DNA from: Steroidobacteraceae bacterium
GTDB lineage: Bacteria > Pseudomonadota > Gammaproteobacteria > Steroidobacterales > Steroidobacteraceae
Length of the DNA: 64,000 nucleotides
Direction: 5' to 3'
Assembly (NCBI GenBank): GCA_049510875.1
Contig: JBEKYO010000005.1
Span: forward strand, 3,818-67,817
Program-made: the position numbers and the translations under genes
Notes under the pieces: generated by a model
Seen by the model: the letters and a program-made list of their open reading frames with translations, nothing else
Told to the model about the DNA's origin: nothing
Databases searched by the model: none
Shown: one piece after another, positions 60,603-64,000 of the stretch
How positions within the stretch are numbered: position 1 is the stretch's first letter
Layout: the number at the start of each line of letters is the position of its first letter

Positions 60603-61496
60603 GCGGATCAAATGGCGCCGCTCGTTCGCATAGTCGTGAATGCCGCAATGCTGCAGGAAGCGGTTGTCCCACACGATCAGCGTGTTCGGCTTCCAATTGA
60701 TGCGGCAGTGATATTGCAGGCGGTAGGGCAGTGCGCCGAGTTGCTCCACCAGGCCGCGGCTGTCCTCATCGCTCCATCCCTCGAATCGTTTGAAGTAGGC
60801 ATGCGTGACGTACAGGGCCTTTCTGCCGGTTTTGGGGTGGCGGCGAACGGCGGGGTGAGTGCTCTCGAGCTGCTCCTCGGTGAAGTGATGGCTCTCGCGC
60901 AGACGCAGCCGTTGTTCCGGTTCGAGCTTGGCGTTCTTCGACCAGATGTCCTTGCCGGAATACACGACTCTCAACCCGTCGACCGTCTTCTTCATTCCCT
61001 CGGACAATTCCTCGTAGGCTAGATACATGTTGGCGAACGCCGTGTCGCCGCCGTAGCGGGGCACGTCGAGCGCGCGCATCACCATGCACAGCGGCGGCTC
61101 CGCGAGAAACGGGCTATCGGTGTGAAATTTCGTGAACGGCACGACGGACACCGGCTCATGCGCCTCGCGGCGCACCTCCTGCATGTCGTGGTGTTCTCCA
61201 TACGTCGGCGCCTGCGGCAGTTCGATGATCTCCCCGAAATGGCGGGTGAATGCTTTGTGCTGCTCCGGGGTCAAGTTCTGGTCGCGCAGCATGATGACGA
61301 GGAAATGTTCGAACGCGAGCATGATTTCTTGCAGCGTGTTGTCCGCCAGCGGCTTCGACAAGTCGACGCCCTTGATCTCGCAGCCGGCCGCGCCGGTCAG
61401 GGGTTCGATATCGATGGTGTGAAATGCGGGCATGGGCCTGCCGGCAACGATGATCCCGGCGTGCGCGCCGGCCGGCACTTTGGCAATGGAATTCAC
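60573..61496 (-). CDS. TauD/TfdA-family Fe(II)/2-oxoglutarate dioxygenase (taurine dioxygenase-like)
   Basis: 307 aa. The HxD facial-triad context is FHTDSPF. Further matching segments are GGDTAFANMYLAYEELSEGMKK, VWDNRFLQH and the C-terminal RHLIRTTVRGERP. Confidence 0.85.
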   Translation of the reverse strand: MNSIAKVPAGAHAGIIVAGRPMPAFHTIDIEPLTGAAGCEIKGVDLSKPLADNTLQEIMLAFEHFLVIMLRDQNLTPEQHKAFTRHFGEIIELPQAPTYGEHHDMQEVRREAHEPVSVVPFTKFHTDSPFLAEPPLCMVMRALDVPRYGGDTAFANMYLAYEELSEGMKKTVDGLRVVYSGKDIWSKNAKLEPEQRLRLRESHHFTEEQLESTHPAVRRHPKTGRKALYVTHAYFKRFEGWSDEDSRGLVEQLGALPYRLQYHCRINWKPNTLIVWDNRFLQHCGIHDYANERRHLIRTTVRGERPM

Positions 61497-61514
61497 CTTC
61501 GGCTTCCCTCTCAG

Positions 61515-62846
61515 TCATTGAGCCGCACGCCGAGTATCCGCCTCCAAGGTGCGCGCGGCAAACAAAAAGCACAGCGCAGCCGCTGCGACGCATAAGACCA
61601 CCGCGAGCATGGAATAGCGGATGGCGGCCGCGCCATAGACGGAGCTCAGCCGGTCGTTCAGCCAGCCCACCAGCAGCGGACCCAGGATCTGTCCCACGAG
61701 GCTGGAGCACAGCAGCACGATGGCCGTGACGGTCGCACGCATGCGCGGCTTCGCCACATTCATCACCGCGGCATACACCGGGCCCTGGTGCAGGAACGTG
61801 AGCAGGCTCGAGAAGGCGAAGCCGCCGATCCACACGGGCCTCTGATCGCCGAGCAGGAACGCCAAATCCGCGGGTACCACCGCCAGGCAGGCCAGGCCCG
61901 GAACATACAGACGCCAGCGCGGATTCGCGGCGCCGAGGCGGTCGGTGAGCAGGCCGCCCAGCAGCACTCCCGCGACTCCGAGCGAGCCGCGCAGCGGCCC
62001 GATCACCGTGGCTATCTCGGAGATCTTGAGGCCATGCACTCTGACCATGAGCGTTGCGCTCCATGCGCTGGCCGCGTAGACGTCGGCGCCCATGAACGTG
62101 ACACCGGCCAGAATGAGCAAGTAGGTGCGGGCGCCGCTCATGAAGCGCAGCGTATCGGTGAAGGCGACATTGGCATCGGCGACCTTGCGAGCTTCGGAGG
62201 CGCCGCGCGCGGGCTCGCCCACGGTGAGGCGGAAAATGACGGCGAGAATGGCGCCAGGAAGTCCCGCGCAGACGAATGCCGCACGCCAGCCGTACGCCTC
62301 GATGATCCGTCCCGCCACCGGAAAGAACACGATCGATGAGATCGCAAAGGCCGTTCCGAATATGGACAGGGCCAGCGGCCTGCGCGCCGGCCGGAACAAA
62401 TCCGCGATCATCGAATTGGAGGGCGCAATGCCGCACGCTTCGCCGGCTCCCATCAAAAAGCGAGCGGCCGCCAGCTGCCAGATGGTAGAGACGAACCCGG
62501 TGAGCATGGTCATCGCGCTCCAGAATAGGAATCCGATGGCGATGATGTTGCGGCGGCTCCAACGGTCGGCGGCCCACGCCATCGGGACGCCGAGCAGGGA
62601 ATAGAACAGTACGAACGCCAGACCCGACACCAATCCGAGCAGCGTGTCGCTGACGTGCATTTCCGTTTTGATGAGCGGCAGTACCAGGCCGAGCAGCGAG
62701 CGGTCGAAATAATTGAACGACGAGATCAGCGTGAGAAACCCGAGCGGGTAGATCGACGCGGCCGTCCACTCGGGAGGCGCCGCCGGCTCCGCGCGCGGCC
62801 CGGGGCCGCGGCTGCGGCTGCGGCTGTGGCGTACCTCACGGGCCAC
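61515..62846 (-). CDS. MFS transporter
   Basis: 443 aa with 12 predicted TM segments. An MFS signature-like region is GVPMAWAADRWSRRNIIAIG. Confidence 0.85.
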   Translation of the reverse strand: MAREVRHSRSRSRGPGPRAEPAAPPEWTAASIYPLGFLTLISSFNYFDRSLLGLVLPLIKTEMHVSDTLLGLVSGLAFVLFYSLLGVPMAWAADRWSRRNIIAIGFLFWSAMTMLTGFVSTIWQLAAARFLMGAGEACGIAPSNSMIADLFRPARRPLALSIFGTAFAISSIVFFPVAGRIIEAYGWRAAFVCAGLPGAILAVIFRLTVGEPARGASEARKVADANVAFTDTLRFMSGARTYLLILAGVTFMGADVYAASAWSATLMVRVHGLKISEIATVIGPLRGSLGVAGVLLGGLLTDRLGAANPRWRLYVPGLACLAVVPADLAFLLGDQRPVWIGGFAFSSLLTFLHQGPVYAAVMNVAKPRMRATVTAIVLLCSSLVGQILGPLLVGWLNDRLSSVYGAAAIRYSMLAVVLCVAAAALCFLFAARTLEADTRRAAQ

Positions 62847-63828
62847 GCTGTAGGCCGCCCGGATCCAGGCCCGCAGCCGCGAAGTGGTCTTCGTCCATGC
62901 GGCGCGCGCGCTCGGCGATCGAGGGATCGACGGGCCGCCCGTTGGGCACGTTCAACCACAGGCGCAGCAGCAGCCGCTTTGCGCCCGGCGCGTCGCGGAA
63001 TCCGGCGCGCGCGTGCAGACAGGTCCAGTTGTGCCAGAACACCATGTCTCCCGGCTGCATCGTGAACGTGGCGCCGAGTTCCGCGCGCATGGCTTGGGTG
63101 TCGAACCAGTTCATCGCCGCGACGAGGTCGGAGGGCAGATCCACCCCGAGCCGCCTGGCCGCGGCGGACATGAAGAACTTGTTGTAGTAGCAGCTGACGA
63201 CGCCGTCGACGCAGCAGAAGATGGGCACTTTACCGTCGGAGACGGGCTGTGTGCCGCCGACGCTTTCGTTGATTCCCGCCCAAAATCCCTCGTAGAGCGG
63301 CGCAAGAAAATCCGGACGCGTGCTGCGGATGGCATTGTGGACCGCAAGACTGCTGACCAGCGTGCTCGCGCCGCCTTCGGCCGCGCGGCTGACGCATGCC
63401 AGGGCCATCACTTCGTGCATGTCGGTGTGCGGCCGCAACTCGACATCCATCAGCGTGCCGCGGCCAGTTGGGTTGTGGTCGGCGCGTTCGACGCGCGCCA
63501 CCCAATCGCCTCCCGGCCCCTGGATCGCGCCGTTGCCGAGGTGGGTGCCGAGTCCCCAATAAAGATTGCGAAAGTGTTCGGGCGCGCGCTGATACGGGTC
63601 GAGCCCGGTCAGGATAAGGGCGCCCCGTCCGTGCATTACCGCGCCGCGCACCTCGCTCATCAACGCATCGACGACGGGGTCGCTGAATTCGCGCCGCGTG
63701 ATCCGGTGAACCGGCGTCCCGTCGAGCGCCGCCGCCAGCGCATGGATCGCGTCGATCTCGGTTGCCGACAAATCTCCCATGCCGCCGGCGCCGTGATGAC
63801 TTGGTCGAATATCGGGGTCATTGCGCAT
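62836..63828 (-). CDS. TauD/TfdA (clavaminate-synthase-like) family dioxygenase, second copy, divergent
   Basis: 330 aa. The HxD/E motif is PHTDMHE, and the distal His/Arg context is FWHNWTCLHARAGF. Its size is typical of SyrP/AsnO-like hydroxylases. Confidence 0.7.
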   Translation of the reverse strand: MRNDPDIRPSHHGAGGMGDLSATEIDAIHALAAALDGTPVHRITRREFSDPVVDALMSEVRGAVMHGRGALILTGLDPYQRAPEHFRNLYWGLGTHLGNGAIQGPGGDWVARVERADHNPTGRGTLMDVELRPHTDMHEVMALACVSRAAEGGASTLVSSLAVHNAIRSTRPDFLAPLYEGFWAGINESVGGTQPVSDGKVPIFCCVDGVVSCYYNKFFMSAAARRLGVDLPSDLVAAMNWFDTQAMRAELGATFTMQPGDMVFWHNWTCLHARAGFRDAPGAKRLLLRLWLNVPNGRPVDPSIAERARRMDEDHFAAAGLDPGGLQRGP

Positions 63829-64000
63829 TACCCATGCCGGCCGTCGAAGGCTGCTTTACATGACTCCACAGTCGGCCCGACAGCGCCGCGATTTCGGGCT
63901 CCGTGAGCGCCCGCCAGCCGCGCTTTGGGAGGTCGCCGAGCGCCAACGGCCCGATCGCCACGCGCACCAGCCGCAGCACCGACACGTCGAACTGCGCCAG
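63818..64000 (-). CDS. pseudouridine synthase (RsuA/RluB/E/F family), C-terminal fragment; 5' part beyond right edge
   Basis: Hand translation of the minus strand gives LAQFDVSVLRLVRVAIGPLALGDLPKRGWRALTEPEIAALSGRLW..., the typical C-terminal R(I/V)xIGxLxLxxLxxGxWRxLTxxE segment. The stop is TGA at 63820-63818. Confidence 0.55.
   Translation of the reverse strand: MAQFDVSVLRLVRVAIGPLALGDLPKRGWRALTEPEIAALSGRLWSHVKQPSTAGMGNAQ

Overview
High-GC (about two-thirds G+C by eye) proteobacterial chromosome segment. All homology calls rest on motifs read by eye and on remembered family signatures; no searches were run. Gene content and order indicate a Pseudomonas/Xanthomonas-type polar flagellar regulon with FleQ/FleS/FleR, FlhF/FleN, FliA and MotC/MotD. 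The regulon is split into two blocks. Block 1 (1.7-18.9 kb) runs fliC-flaG-fliD-fliS-fliT-PilZ-like-fleQ-fleS-fleR-fliEFGHIJ-yheU-like-fliK. Block 2 (40.4-53.2 kb) runs fliLMNOPQR-flhB-flhA-flhF-fleN-fliA-motC-motD-small ORF-DUF2802. Between fliK and fliL lies a 21.6 kb non-flagellar block with four parts: a CPA2 antiporter; a roughly 17 kb aryl-polyene/xanthomonadin-like type II FAS/PKS cluster; an OmpR-type two-component pair; and an M13 metallopeptidase. The polyene cluster encodes KS + CLF, KR, two hotdog dehydratases, ACP, aryl-AMP ligase, LolA-like and MMPL export proteins, acyl- and glycosyltransferases, a methyltransferase and a flavin-dependent halogenase with a WxWxIP motif. The right flank (53-64 kb) is metabolic/accessory: Zn-ADH, VOC protein, benzoylformate-decarboxylase-like TPP enzyme, an orphan membrane protein, SulP, a RIO1-like kinase, a TauD-MFS-TauD cassette and a partial pseudouridine synthase. 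The left edge holds a partial TPR/SPINDLY-type glycosyltransferase divergent from fliC. Items most worth follow-up: (1) the halogenated-polyene cluster nested in the flagellar regulon; (2) a consensus sigma-54 promoter only 11 nt from the fliK ATG, preceded by an 80-nt near-perfect AT-rich palindrome; (3) tandem-repeat arrays of 14, 36 and 33 bp that fill three convergent-gene spacers, plus a 20-bp duplication that creates a 7-codon uORF. I found no tRNA, rRNA, CRISPR, integrase or transposase. Many long ORFs in the track are antisense or out-of-frame shadows typical of high-GC DNA and were discarded.
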